From assembly GCA_001687465.1 (NCBI GenBank), contig LVLI01000117.1:62001-120066 (forward strand): a stretch of 58,066 nt of DNA. Direction: 5' to 3'. Positions within the stretch are counted from its first letter, which is position 1; each line of letters begins with the position of its first letter. Made by a program: the position numbers and the translations under genes. The notes under the pieces were generated by a model. It was not told the DNA's origin. It saw nothing but the letters and a program-made list of their open reading frames with translations, and searched no databases. Source of the stretch: Halocafeteria seosinensis. Its lineage: Eukaryota. Below, one piece after another: positions 33,708 through 48,145 of this stretch.

Positions 33708-34512
33708 TTACTTCAGAGGGATAAAGCGAGAACTGTGCGTCGAGCCCAAACCAGGTCGCCCGTGCAGAGTGGGCTTGTATGTGATGGAAAACTCTCCCAA
33801 ATATCTACCAATCATCTCAGGCTGTAGAGAACCAGATTAAGACAATGTGAGAACGATGCCCTAGAACAGACCTCAGGAATAGACTTACTTTTACTTCTAC
33901 GAGGGTGAAAACCTTGCCATTGTAAACTCCCAAAACGCTTCCTACCATTTCTGGAAGAATAACCATGTTACGCAAGTGAGTCTTTACAGGAGCAGGCTTG
34001 TCAAGAGGCCCAGCGGCCTTCTTCTGCAATGATAGGGAAGACAAAGTCGATTGGCGCGCAGTTTTTCGATGGAAGCTGCGCCAAACACGTACAGCTTTTC
34101 TGAGTTTCTTCAACAAAGTGGTGTGCTTGCGGGTCAAACCACGAGCAAAACGACGACGGATTCTGGAAGGTAATAACTCGACCAATTCAGCATGGCTCAA
34201 GTCCAACAGCTTGTCGAGATCTACCCCACGGTAGGAAAACTTCTTGAAAGTTCGCTTCTTCTTCAGTTCAGCCAACTGTTCAGCGCTCATGTCCTTTGTA
34301 TCAGCCTGCAGTTTTGATAAAAAACGAGTAAGTGCATGAACCAGAATCAAAATCGTGACGAGTTTCACACTGCAGGCTCTCCAAGCCCTGGTCCGTCAGG
34401 GCCCCCGGCAGAATCCCCTCACGACGGTCCCTACCCTTTTTTTGTAAAGGTACGGTTCCCCCTTTCACTAAGATAGCGTATAGAGAGGAGCTAACACATC
34501 ATTTCATACCAT
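33708..34512 (-). CDS. RPS15: 40S ribosomal protein S15 (uS19), 4 exons (ATG-only first exon inferred)
   Basis: [39 protein letters not shown] and [17 protein letters not shown]...SSRFIPLK*. Introns at 34509-34306, 34092-34024 and 33888-33822. Confidence 0.95.
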
Positions 34513-35443
34513 ACCCTTTATGGATTCTAAAAATATTCTATATCGTATACATATATCCCATCAGCATAGCTAATAAATCAGCCATCACCCCTAAAATCCG
34601 GCAAGACTGTGCCAGACAGACTCCCAGAGAGGCTGCCTCTATTTCTCGTTAACCAGCCTCTCTCAACAGTTCCATGGGGGCAATACACACAAAAAAGTAT
34701 AAACATACCATTTTTGTCTTCTTTTCCTCTCTCGATTGCAATCAAATAGAGTAAATGGGTCGTTTCCTGCACGGAGACTCCAAAGCTCAAGTAAAACAGG
34801 CTCGCCATACAACACACGAAAGCAGCAGCAGCCGCAAAAGCACGATTGGTTCAGACAGTCTAGGGTATAATCTATCTTTTCAGCTCTTGTCCCTCGCCTT
34901 ACACGCGCTAATGCTGTCAACTGGAGCGCCAAAGCTAGAAGACCTCTACACCAGTGACCTCCACACAGAGATCTTAAAGCTGAGACTCAGTGGACAAGGA
35001 TGGCGATGCTTACCTCTTTTCTTACTAAGGAATGTCCTTCCAATTCATTACCTGACCACAAGAAACAGGATACACAAAACCTAAACAACAGGGGTAAAAT
35101 GACTTGGACGCCGCAGAAGGAAGCAACAAACTTTTGATGCACTTTTCACTTATGTGTGTTGAGGTTGGTTGAAGTTCGCCGGACGCGCCGTGCCACCGGC
35201 GCCCGTGGCGAAGCTTTAGTGAAGCATACAGGACGGGAATTGCCGATTTTTCGAGTGGTATAGTTAGAAAAGTGTAACAGGTCTTAAGTTTTACTTAAAA
35301 GACTTACGTAGAATCGGCGGAAAGGGGAGGAAAAGAGCCGAAAAGTGGAGGAATACGACCCCCCTTGGCCCACTTGTGCACAATGCGCGTCTACCTCCCT
35401 CTATGAGTCTTTCTAAGCAGTGGTTCATGGTTTGGAGCTGATC

Positions 35444-36616
35444 ATGTCGTCTGAACAAGCGGACGAAAGCGTCGCAGATCGGGGTCCTTCCTCTGTTCCA
35501 GAGCCGTGGACGGCCGTATGGGACGACAATTATGAGCGCTACTTTTACTATCACCCGAAGAAGCATATTAGCACATGGTTTCATCCTGTGCTCGATGTGC
35601 AAGAGGAGGAGGACTTACACAGCGACAAACTCGACAACGAAGAGGCTACGGGCAGCAACGTGGACGACGACGACGAAACGTCGGTAGAAGCGGATGAGTA
35701 TGGCTGGATTGAATGTTTTGATGAACGATACAAGTTGCCTTACTGGTTCAACGTATTTACGGAGAGCTCGACATGGTATAAACCACCGGAAGTAGAGAGT
35801 AGTTTTTCAGATGCGGAGTTAAAGCACCAGAAGATAAGGGCTAACAGTGAAGCCTCCCGACGAGATCCAACACCTCGCCCTGTCCAAGCCCCACCCAACC
35901 AGCCACTGAATCCTATCCCGGATCCAGCAACCTATGGATTTACTTTTCCTGATATAGATAGCTTACCGCCTCCTCCAAGGTAAGCTCTCGAATTTTTCTA
36001 TGGCAATTTGTCGTACTGACGATTCTTACTTTGCATCCGTTCTATTGCAGAATTGAAGGAACAACAAAAGTATACCCTTCCGTCGTAGCCAGTGGCGGAC
36101 TCGACGCTCCGCGATATTTCATTGATACGGACCTTAAATTAGACACGGGACTCTCTGAGAATGTAAAATCTTCGAAGTATGGTGTAATGTTCAAATGTAT
36201 CGGGGAAGCAGATGGGGTCAACTGGACGGCCCGCTGGTGTAAGTGTATTCTATATTATTGACTTCAGCAAGTTGTTCATTTTGGGATGGAGTGGATATGC
36301 TTATGCAGTTGCACTGAACGGTACTTCCCTCAGATACTTTAAGTCTCACGAAGAGTACCCTAATAACCCCCTAGATGGCATCAAAGTGTATGGTTCGAAA
36401 ATACATGCTTACAAAAAGCCTGTCAAGGTTTCAGAGGACGTTGATGAGTGCACCGGCTTTTCGTTACTGGAGTCTGACGGTGAAAGAGTAGTCGACCTTG
36501 CTTTGCAGTCTCAAAAGCTTTGCGAAGATTGGATCAATGCGTTGTGTCGTAAAGGTGCGAAAGTTATCGACGATAACACAATAGTGGAAAGTCTGTCGTT
36601 GCTTTCGCATTCATAG
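35444..36616 (+). CDS. Tandem WW-domain protein with C-terminal PH-like domain (multi-exon)
   Basis: PWTAVWDD..RYFYYH....STWFHP and GWIECFD...PYWFNVFT..STWYKPP are WW domains. Intron 35980-36050. C-terminal LNGTSLRYFKS...CEDWINAL is PH-like. Confidence 0.75.
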
Positions 36617-37513
36617 AAGTTTTGAGATACGACTCATAACTCCAGAAGAAAACTCATCATTTCTCCTTAGTTCTAACGTAATAAATGAAGCTCACCTGCG
36701 AATCGAGTTGTGGTTTTGACATAAACTGAGTTGCTATGGGGTAGTTTAACTGGGTATCTTTGCGGCATCTAGAAGATGTGAGTTCGTCCCCTGTGGTATC
36801 GAACAATGTAAGCGAGTGGTTTCAAACATTAAATGAAATATGCTTAAGTTTCGCTTACCGCAAGTTACGGACGACCACAAGGACTTAGTTGAAGTTTTCG
36901 TGTACTCAACTTCAGCTTACAGTGATAGTTCAGAATATAGACGGATATTGTTACTAATAGCAGGTAGGAGTGTATTTTTAGGGCACACAGCGACAGTTTG
37001 CTGGCAACTACCTTTTGCATTCTACTCAACATCGAAGTAGGTGCACAATCCACTTTGAATAGGTACGTATCAATTGTCCATGCGCCATCTGCAAGCGTTG
37101 CAGCGCTGTATGAGCCGTTGAAAGGACGATCCCATCAGCTCGCTTCAGTGCTCAGTAGACTGCATATTTGTGTACGCCTCGATTCGTGTGTTGTGCACTT
37201 ATAAGGGCTGAGATACTTGGAAATTGGAGGCAAATCCTCGAGCACGGTTGTAAACGGCCGCGGAAAAGGCTGAAAGCGCGCGCGCGGGCAAATCTTTGAA
37301 AGGTGAATGAGGATGCTTCAAGGCTTTCAGCAGGCTCATTTACCCCATTGCCTTTTGTGTCATATCCTGTTTGGCGTTTTGGTGTCTTTGCTATGGTTTG
37401 GGAGCTTAATAGTTGATATCCAAATGACTGGTGGTCGCAGAAAGTACTGTGAAGTTCAGCTTTTGGCGGATTGGCATCTAGCGTTCGATCCTCACAAGAT
37501 ATCAATAAGCAGA

Positions 37514-40339
37514 ATGGAGACTTCATACACTACCGATACAAACAGTATGTCGAACTCTGAGGATCAACAGCGACATGTCAATGTGCTGGGCGACAGGTAA
37601 GTGCTTTGAGGAGTCGTGTGTGAAGGTCGTCTTCCAAGTTATGTACCACACCCATGAACATGCAGCACAAATAGAGTACACGGAGAGACGGTAATAAATG
37701 TCAACAGCAAGGAAAACGGTGGACATGTGACGTTTGCTGATACAAAGGGATCTTCTGCTATGAAGCAGAAGAAGAAGAAGCAGCCACGAAGAAGCAATGT
37801 CACCAAGTCGACATCACGGGTGTCTCCTGCAAGAAACTCGCGTAAACCTTCAGTACTTGTGCGGAAACGGAAGTATGGCAGCTCTCCTAAGCAAAATGTT
37901 TCTCCTACCCAAGTCAAGGCATCTGTTACTAAACGTGCTAAGAGCAGTCCACCAAAACGATCCTCCTCCAAGCAATCTCGCGGAACTTCCTACAAGAACG
38001 ATGTAGCCTCAAAACAGACGGCAGCATCGAAGGCCAAAGCTCGAGCAAAGCTTGCTCCCCAGAAACAATCCGGAAGTGAAACAGTGCGAGCGGAAAAGGC
38101 CAACAGTAATGCGAAGGAAAGCGAGGAGCGACAGGCTCAACCACAATCGCTACACAATAGTGGAGCCAAAGCACACGTAAATCTGCCCACACTTTCGGAT
38201 ACTTCTAACCATGCCAAAGAAAAGCAACTGCTGATGCTACTAAGCTCATGTGTTAAAGAAGCACAATTACAGTGCCAGTTAGAACGATACGAGGATGCGA
38301 TGCGTCTCTATGATGATCTCGCAGAAAAGTACCCGTTCGTGAAAACACGGGCACTCTTCTGGATCGGCAAATCGAAGATTGAGGAGTTAAGGCAAGAGCC
38401 CGCAAAAGCGTTCGATATCATCACTTCTGGATTATCGGCCTGCCGGGAAGAGGAGAGAGAACACGATTCCTTGACACAGGCTATGTTTCAGCTGAACCGT
38501 AGCATGCGACGCATGCCTGCTGTTTTGAGCAGCGTGAAGAAACGCCAAACAGCGTCGAAAATAGACCAGTCAGTAATCACAGAGAAGTCAGAGGAAACAG
38601 AGGAGCAAACCCAAATCAATGTTTCGGCGACGACAGAACAGGAAGTTGATACGACCTCTCAATCAATGTCTTATCAACCTCATCATGATGATACAATTGC
38701 CTCAGTAGCAAGGAAACTGGATATGGATTATAGTAATATTTCCGACATCGGGCATAAATTCGCACCTACAAGCAGCGAACGAGTAGTTAGCACTGACTCG
38801 ACTTCTGGAGCTCAATGTTTCCAGGAAACACAATGTGCGGCTACATTTGAAACAAGTCAGACATGCAACGTGAGCTTTCCTGATACTGCTAGTTTGGGTT
38901 CTGTATCAGACGAGGATGAAGACAAAAGCGAGCAAGGATGGGTGGCGGTTTCCAACGTTTCAATGGATGATAGCACAGTGCTCACCACGAGCATCCTGAG
39001 CAACTCAGCCAACGAAGACAGCGTTAACAAAGACCAGATTTGTAGTGTAGCTTGGCTGGGCAATAATTCGACTACAGTAGCTGCTTCCACTACTTCCGTC
39101 CCACATGTTACGAGCGTGCAAGCGGAAACTGAAACAAACATCCAGCCGACGACAAAAACTCCAGTGAAAAGGACACCAACGAAGTCATTGAGCAAGAGCC
39201 AACCAACCCATAAGTCGGGAAACGATGAGCAGGGTGGTACTAGTGAGTTAATGGGGAGCGTAGTGATTTTTGATGAAGTCCCGGCGCGGAAGAAGACCGC
39301 TGCCGAGTTTGGATCTGAAGCGTTTGTTTCGCCAGTGCGGAGAAGCGTTCGTGTAAACAAGTACTCGGAGAAAGCAAGCGATAAAAAGAGCAAGTCTGCT
39401 TCGAAACAAATGATTCCGAATTCTCGGCAGCTACTACAAAAAACAGGGTACGCATTTAGTCCGAACCCTTCGGTCAAGTGTCGCGGAGCTCCTTTGAACG
39501 CCAGTGGTATATGCCATCCCCGCAGCCCTCAATGGGTAAAGAGCTCCAACACGCCTTCAAAATGTTGGAGTGCCGATAACGCAAAGCGTAGACAAGCAGC
39601 AAGACCTCCGGTTTCCCCTGACCAGGCGTCTTACATCAAAGCGGTGGAGAAAGCATTTTCTGCAAAAAAGCCGTCTAAAAACATTGCCGATTCTTCTGCA
39701 CTGAATGAATCGTTTGAAGAACTCGATAGTATCAGTAACAAGCGCGCGATTGAATATGTGAGAGGAAGCGTTGCTTCGGCAGTTTCTTCTGCAGCTTTTA
39801 CGACCGCTCCTTATCAAGCTCCTTCCCGAAATGGTGCAACAGCTGCAGCTGTGTCACCACGGAAACTTAATGAAACTGCTGCGAACACATTTAACTTTAA
39901 TGTGACGGCCCAAACTCACGGAAAATGCAGTCCCACACCTTCAGGACGAGAAATGCAAGAAATCCATTCTCCCGTTGTGCAGGATCGCCAGCCAATAAAC
40001 CGGAGTACAGAAAGGCTGAGCGAGGATGAGGATCAGGATGAGAGTGACGCGCACAACGGCAAACGGCGAAGAAGTTCCATAGTAAGATCGTTGCATTGCG
40101 CAGCCACCCTCGCAGAAGAAGCACAGAATCAACGTGAGAAAGATCACGAAGGTGCGGCAGCACAGCTTGGGGACAACGCCGCAGAGATTGAAACGATCAA
40201 TGTGTCCACTACTCCACAGCAGCAGAGTACGTCCCGTAAGAGAACGGCGGCCAATAGGAGTACGCCTCGCCGTTCTGACCGGATCCGGGAAAAGAAAAGA
40301 GCGGTAACAGATGATGGAGAGGCACGCCGCCCTAAGTAA
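37514..40339 (+). CDS. CKAP2/TMAP-like microtubule-associated protein (intron 37597-37707)
   Basis: Basic S/T-P-rich disordered regions; TPR-like segment ALFWIGKSKIEE..AFDIITSGL; FVSPVRRSVR and YAFSPNPS resemble CKAP2 C-terminal motifs; the spliced N-terminus gives VLGDSKEN. Confidence 0.55.
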
Positions 40340-40377
40340 TGCAGTTTCTGTTACATTCCAAGACTATATCTATGTTT

Positions 40378-42101
40378 CTACATTCCTAGCATATTCATCC
40401 ATCCACCACCGGCGTACTGCATTGGCTTTACCGGAGGGTGTGATACGGCTTCGAAAGTGGTGAATTCTGGTTTGCAGTCTGCTTTCATTGTAATGAAGGC
40501 TCCTTTATTCCCCATCTGGTCGCAATAGTTCGGGGCGGAGAAGATGGTTATACATTTGCCATCGTGCTCAACGAGATACCCCTCGTCTTTCACCTCGTGA
40601 GAGCGAATGAGCAGCTCTGCGGAAAGTAAGTGAATACAAAAATAAAACATATACAGATCCATACTGCCTGATACATATATGGCACCTACCTAAATTGTTA
40701 TCTTCGAGGAACTTTTTCGTTATGTCTGGACCAAAGCTAAGACCCACCCCGCGTTTACTGGGGCCTCGACCAGCAAATGGTTGGGGATCAGACCACATCA
40801 GGTCAGACATCAAGCCAGTCTCCGGGGGCTCCATAAAGCGACGGATATTTCTAATTTCATCTAGAGTGGTGCCATCTTTGGACATAAGGCCACCATGCAC
40901 GACGAAAGCCTTGTTGTTGATGCAGGCTGCCAGAGGCAACGCTTGAAAGACTTCCGTGAACAGCTCCATCAGCGAAGAATCTAACTTATGTTTTACTTCA
41001 CCTTCGAACCCATACACTTTATTCATGCTCACAGTTTCGTGATTTCCTCTGGTGAGTATGACATGCTCGGGGTAAACGAGCTTCCAAGCAAACAGAGTCA
41101 TCACATTCTCTACGCTGAAACTGCCACGGTCGACGAAGTCGCCGTTGAATAGATACACGTTGTTCTCTGAAGGAAGACCATTCATCTCAAATATATTGAG
41201 GAGGTCGTAATATTGCCCGTGAGTATCACCACACACTGTGATGACGCCTTCAGATCCATCTGTGTTTTTCTCGGGAATGGTCACATCCACCATGGATGGC
41301 AATTTGGCTAAGAGACGTTTCAGAGAGATTAGCATTTGTACGACGAATTTCTTGGGGACCATCTTTTGCTTCTTAAAGTATTGCATCATCTCTCCAACGA
41401 ACTCACGAGTAACTGTTCCATCTTCTGGTAACTGTGGACCTTGGTATGTCGATGGCACGGCCATGTCTCCCACGGTCTTTGCAAAACGTTCACTAGCCGG
41501 TACTGTCGCCTCGGATGCAATGGCTTCAGCGAATTGTTGCCGCTTTATCTGCTTTTGGCATTCCTGGAGCTTTACACGAGCATCTCGGTCTTGTGGGCAC
41601 TGTTGGCAAACATAGTAGAGGTCCTTCTTAGCGGATTTGTATTTCCCGAGGGCCAAGTAAGCTGATCCCCGTCGGTAGTAGGCCTTCGTGTAGGTTGGGT
41701 CGAGGTTGATCGCTTCAGTTGTGTCCGAGATAGCTGATCCAAAGTTCTCGACTTGAAGCTGGGCGAACGCTCGATTTCCATACAATGCCGCGGTCGGATA
41801 CAATTCCAAAGCCTGTAGCAAGATGGAAGTCCGTTTGAAACAATACAGCATCTCCGGTCCTTCAAAAAACAAAACGGACACTTACCTCCGTGTACGCATA
41901 TAGAGCACTCTGAAACCTCTTTGCCTTGAAATGCTTATTCCCTTCGAGTCGTAACTCTTCGGCTCGTTTCTGCTTCTCATCTCCCTCCGAGGAGTTGGCT
42001 CCACTGTCCACCACCGGAGAGGAAATCGCCTCCTCTTCGGCTTTCAGTTTCTCATGCTCCATGGCTTTTCCGGAAGCATTCAGTCCGTCCTCGGCCGCCA
42101 T
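40378..42101 (-). CDS. PPP5C: Serine/threonine protein phosphatase 5 (TPR + PPP domain), 3 exons
   Basis: [54 protein letters not shown] and [15 protein letters not shown]; introns 41885-41813 and 40689-40617. Confidence 0.96.
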
Positions 42102-42676
42102 TATGAGGTGTATAGAATTTATGAATGGGCCCTAATAAAGTGGAAGAAAACAGTGAATGAGCGTCACTAAAGAGACGTTCAAGAGCTGCAGTGTTCTCGG
42201 ACAACACTACGCTATGCTACCGACTCGGCTGCTTCTATCCCATCAACATACGGAGAGAATGAGCCTCTCTACACACTATTTATCGTCAACCTAGCGATAT
42301 AATGCACATTAATAGAGTGACAAGGATATCGAACATTCTTTTGTTCTACTGTGAACCCCACAACTTGGCCACAACTTGCCACAATCGGACCAGTAGGCTG
42401 AAGCGAAGCAACCGTCGAACACTGCAACAATACCAATACCACTACCGGCGAGCCTATTCCGATAAACCTATTTGCGCGCAGGGAAGTAAAGAACGAAAGA
42501 AGAAAGTCTTATGGGAGAGTATCCGGTCACTGACTCCAATTCCACACAGGTACAAGTTGTACGTGACGTAGGCTTGAGTTCCCAATTCCCTTCGAGAACC
42601 AAGAGCAGAGCAGACGAACTTTTCCCTACGCTTCTCTGACATATGAAATGTCTTGGTGAATGCGTGTCCCGAACCT

Positions 42677-44353
42677 TCATGGTGCCCCATTGTATTCTCG
42701 GTAGCCAAGGCGGTGCAGGTCATTACGCTTACGTCTTCCGCAATAATGAACCACAAGTCCAAATACCACGCCACCTACGACCACAGAGGCAATCACTACA
42801 CCTGTCAAAGCCCCTTTTCCTATTTCGATGTCATCATGTCCCCCCTTTGTGGACGCGCCCGCTGAGGGAGCACTACACATAGCGGTCCACTGTTTTTGCG
42901 TGATACCGTTCTTGGATATCGAGTCCAGAAATTTGGGCAGTGGGCATAAGGACTCTCCTGGCGGGCACCCTGGGATCATCCCGGTAATAGTATTATTCTT
43001 GTGAAAAGGAGGAGGTGCAGCTGGACCAGAACCGGTGTGGTCAGCCGTTCCAACTCCGTGGTTATAGAAAACTCGAACGTACAAATCATCGGTAGATCTC
43101 ATGCGCCCTCTCATGTGGTTATGATGGAGCGAGTCAGTCAGGCTCTTCTTTTGTTTGCTTCGCACTAGCTCCCACACTACGCTAGACGCATAAGGTGGAT
43201 TCTTCTGAGGCTGCTTAAATAGCCGCATTCCATAAAGGGTTGCTGCAATCGTGGTGTCGTGGGCTGAGTACACATAGAGGTTGGGACCATCGGGGTCATC
43301 CGCAGCAGGAAAATCATCAGGGTCAAACCCTGGCTGTGTCGTTCCGTTGGCTGCACTACTTATGCGCGTGTGCAATTCATTCAGAAATACCCCGGAAGCC
43401 TTCTGACGCAACACTGAGGAGTTGAACATCTGAAACTCAGCCCATGCGTTCAACTGCGATTGATTAAGTCAACGACATATTCCCAGTCGAATAAAAAATG
43501 CATGATAACGAGTATATAGTACTCTAAAACGTGAGTAACATAGCCATCGTACCTCTATTACTTTCTGAAAGACTGACTCGTTCACTCCTGGAGGCCATTC
43601 GTACCCGTATTTCTGTCTCGCGTTGAGAACATCATACACCTCGTACAAATTGTCGACGTCCAAATCCTTTATCCCGGATACATCCTCCAGCATTTCCAAT
43701 AGTGGGGCCGCTTCATCTTTCTTTCTTTGGTAGGCCGCAGCGTTACTTCGCTTCTCCTGCTTACGGGAAGTGTCATATGTTGAGCAAGTCGCGTTCGTCC
43801 ATGAACGAAGCATACTATCCTGCTCTGTAGGAACCGTGTATATGGGTACTGCAGTGAGGTAGTCATAAGTCATTCCAGGCGCCCCATCACGCTGTTTGAT
43901 TCCAGTATCGGGCGGATACAGTCCCTGGAGGACGCTGGTGACGGACATCAGAGTTCTGTCGTACGACGTCGAACGCACACGGATATCTAAGGGACTATAA
44001 GTTCCATGGCGACCAGTTTGATTTCCAATGAGCTCGTACTGCTCAATATAGCGTTCACGTAACCGGGAACCTAAAATGTAGGTCTCATTCAGTCCTCGCG
44101 CTGTGAGCTGTCCTAATCCAAAATACCAATTGTCTTTGCACTCTTGTATCTCGGCCGGAAAGCACATAGCCGCTGAACGATCTCCATGCCGATGTAAGAC
44201 CGCAGCAAAGAGGATCTCCTCGTTGTCGGGGTCTTCATCATCGCTCACAGTCTCCTCTGTAAAGGTGTCGAAAGCGTGAGCTGCGTGTATCTGCAGCCAC
44301 GCCCCGAGACATGCGAGCAGATATACCCGTCTAAGATTGCGATTGAATTTCAT
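42677..44353 (-). CDS. Histidine acid phosphatase, lysosomal ACP2-like type I membrane protein (intron 43552-43454)
   Basis: Signal peptide, RHGDRS catalytic motif, GQLT, RSTSYDRTLMS, YSAHDTT, a C-terminal TM helix and a GYREY tail resembling a tyrosine sorting signal. Confidence 0.88.
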
Positions 44354-45320
44354 TTTCAAGCTATTGGGAGCTGCTTTACTAAGAAGGAACCGAGACAATC
44401 CAAACCTCAGAAAGAAATGTATATGTGTAGTTAGCCTCACTTCCCCCGTAACGTGCTCTGGCCGTGCCGCAGCGGAGAGCTTGGAATCCTAGAATGACTA
44501 CATGCATCCATTCTCATCGAGCAAATGAGACCGCGTAGTCTTCAATGGAAGAGAGGAGGACAGGGCAGTCATATGAAGTACATTGTTTCGATTTGGTGGA
44601 GATGAGAGCATTGATGTCAAGGCATTCAGTACAAGTGTTCCCAAGCGGAGATTCTCAAACTGTAGGCCACTATACTAGGGAATGTGCGCCTAGCAATGGT
44701 ATACAATGTGTGCATCGAACTCGCGGAATCACTCACCCAGCGTATTTCTCGTTCCATTAGCTCTGTATGCGCTATACTCGGGAAAAGCAACACAAATCCA
44801 AGGTATAGCCCGTCTCTCATATCGACTTTGCCTCGAACCTCAGGCGCTCCAAGAGCATTTCAGTCCCTTCCTCAATATAAATACTGCTAGGTCTACCCCA
44901 TGTTGTTTCAAGGCTATTATGAAGAGTGTTAATACAAGATGGTCACCTCGTAACTACGAGGATGTCTTCACAAGCACAAGCAACATCCTCCTTGGGCTCG
45001 CATACACGCGCCATACTACATCTTCGTGTGACACAAAGTGTACTTCTCTCCCAGTTCAGCGCACAACAACACGTCCATGGGCACGACTGTGGTTGTGGGG
45101 CTACGAGGCGTATGGACTACCTGAAGTTGAAGTTCCGACGAGGTCACATCTCCGGAATATACAGTGTCCCATAGATGCATGATTGGTGTGATTTCACTAC
45201 ATCTTCGATCCGTTTGACATTGCACAGTTTAGTGGGGTAATTTACCGCGAGAGAAAGTGCGGATAAAGTGTCTCTAAGTTGGAAGAACGAGTGTAGATTG
45301 GAGTCGAGCTAACGCACACA

Positions 45321-47920
45321 ATGACCCAAATACAAGCTGATATAAACCTCATACAGCTTCTCGACAGCGGAGAGTTTGCTGATTGGACGATTAAGGTTTA
45401 CACTCCCAAGAGACTTGCTGATAATGCGGGAGGGTATTTTGGAGATGAAGGAAAGGAATGGCCCAGTACCTCCAGCAGGGAGCACCGCTATGGCGATTCC
45501 AGCACTCGAAGTGAATCAGGCGAAGAAATCGAACAATTCGAGGTGCACAGTCCCATCATTGCGCTCTCCAGTGAGTACTTTAAACGCGTACTCGAACAGC
45601 GGGACTTCAAAGAAACACGGGAACGGACCACCGAGTTGCATTTTCCGGAGGCTGTTCGGTGCTATTTTAGACTGGTTCTGAGATATATGTACGGTGCTAC
45701 GGTCCACATCAACTGCGCGAACGTTGTGCAATTGTTTGTTCTCAGTGATCAATTGATAATCCGACAGTTGTTGCAAAAGGTAAGTGCTTCTTTCTCATAC
45801 TGCTATATGTCTCGAATTGCCTACACCTTGGGTTGCTTGGCTTTGGACTACAGTGTTGCCAGTTAATTTCAGAGCAATGCGAACATGACGATCGACTTGA
45901 CCATTTTCAGATTTTAGTTAATTCGGCGTATCGTTGTGGTCAGGCCGCTTCACCTATACTTGACGTTTGCATGCATACTGCAACAACGAGACACTGGGAC
46001 AATTTCGCCGATGAGCCGGTTCCCCTTCCACAGCAGTTCACGCTTTCGCTTTTGATGAGGAAAGTACTGCAAATAGCAGTGAAATTAGACGACTCCATTG
46101 TGGTAGAGCGAGAATCTCCAGAGCCTTCCACAGAAAGCCATTTCGAGAGCGGTGGACTATACGAAAAGTTCGGAAAACTGCGACCTTCTTCGTTCGATGT
46201 CTACTCCGACCTTAATGAGATTAATGTGGACAAACTGCGAAAACAGGTTTCCAAAGTTCTTCTATTTGAACTGAAAAGATGCATCAACGCAGTGAAGAAC
46301 ATTTCGAGCCGCTTTAGAGCTGATTCAGAGGACGAAGATGAGGCAGATGAACGACGGCAAAGAACGCAGGACGAGAAAGTTGATGTGAACACCTCAATGT
46401 CTTTAGGGAATGTAATGCAGATAATCAATCGGTGGATACCATCTCAAAGAAAAGATGCGGAGGAAATACTCGGAATGGTAATTTTTGCCGAGCGCTACAA
46501 CTCTGTTTTTCATGTTGCCAAGAGTTTGCCGGTATTAAAAGCTTATTCTATGATGAAACTGTTTGTGAAAGTATCCAATATCAAAGCGAATTTGGATTCA
46601 AAGACTGGGCCTTCACTGTACAAGAGATATCGCAATGCTGCCAATCCTACTGAAGAAGATCTCAAGTACTGGGAACTCATGCTGAAATTGACGGACCGCA
46701 TGTTTCATCATCTTGCAATTATAACTAGCTTGGTATTCTATTCACGACCAGCACGAAAACTTTTGCGTCAGATATCACTGACTCAGCTACAGACTCTCCT
46801 CGATTTAGATGAACTCTATGTGGAAAGCGAAGATGAGGTCGTTATGTTTATCCTTGACACTATTCGCTACACATTGAACGAAAGTCAGTCAAACGGATAC
46901 ACCCCTACTGAGAAACAGTTCCAGAAAATGTCGTTCGCATGTTCAAGGTTATTCCACTGCATACGGTGGGAGTATGTTTCCGATAAGGCTTTACAAGATG
47001 TGGAGACAAAAATTGAAAATGAGAACCTATTGCCCTCTAGCGCTCACTTTCGGCAACAATTGGGTGAGGTCATGAGAGCTAGTCAAGAAAACGAACATGG
47101 CTTGTACGTTCCGCCTAGGTTTAGCTATGCGAATAGGAAGACTTTGCTGCTTCCAGCATACTCGGGAGAAGGGAGTCCAGGTCGGAGCTATCATCTTGGA
47201 GAAGCCTCATACGAGCTTCCGAGAATACACCTTTCAGGGAGTTATTTGTTTCATAACATTGCCCCTCAAATCTTAACTAGAGATTCGGAGCATCAACCAG
47301 AGACTAGGTACCCGATGGAAGATGCAGACGACGAGACGGACACTACCGCTTGGGATGGCGAAGGAAGCTCATATGCGTTGATTCGAGCCGATGCTGCACT
47401 GAGTTCGTATCAACAAATGGGTGGATCGCTTGCGATACAACCGTATCGAGGCTCACTTTCGCCCGTTTTGGAAGCCACTCGGACTCAACGCTCCCAAAGA
47501 AATCGTGGCACGTTGTTAGAAGACTGGGACCGAGCATTTACTCAACCAGCCTCTGAAAATGGGAATTATAGGATTGGCGATAGTGATCAACTTGAAGAAA
47601 CATCTCTTGAGGACGTTCCCCCGTTGTCGTTGGAAGAGAGCGCTCTGCGAGTCCGGTCTTTGCCGTCGGAAGTTACCTCAGACGACGAACCTGCTCGAGA
47701 AACTAGGGGCGATGCAGAAAACGGCACCTCCGCTTCTTCGTCTTCGCAGGCACCTTCCGCGCGCGGTTCCATCGGAAGATCGCGCTCTATCGACGTTGAG
47801 GAGACTCCCCATAATAGTCCCATGTTCATCTCGATGAATCGCCGAGCGTTGCTGCGTAAGAATTACTGCGCACTTCGGGATAAGGATGATTCTTCCTCCT
47901 CCGAACAAAAGCGGGAATAG
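45321..47920 (+). CDS. BTB/POZ-BACK domain protein (intron 45780-45853)
   Basis: FADWTIKV..FEVHSPIIALSSEYF..FKET..FRLVLRYMYG (BTB); LLDLDELYVESEDEV..LFHCIRWEY (BACK). Confidence 0.85.
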
Positions 47921-48145
47921 TCATAGAAATCGGTACACTTTTTAAATTCCCTCTGATAAAGACGAGCAATCGAAGTCCAAAATTTAGGACTATAAATTAT
48001 AATTTTATCCGGTTGGCTTGAAGTTGTTTATAAACTTCCGGACTGCACCTCTCGTACAGTAGATTGATGATTCTGTCGGATTTGCATATTTGCATGCGTC
48101 AAAATAAAAAATATATATGTTAATTTTCCTTTTAAAGATAGAACA

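Noticed and set aside
34330..34450. Possible TPP riboswitch in the RPS15 intron
   Set aside because: Lacks the conserved UGAGA and downstream TPP core motifs.
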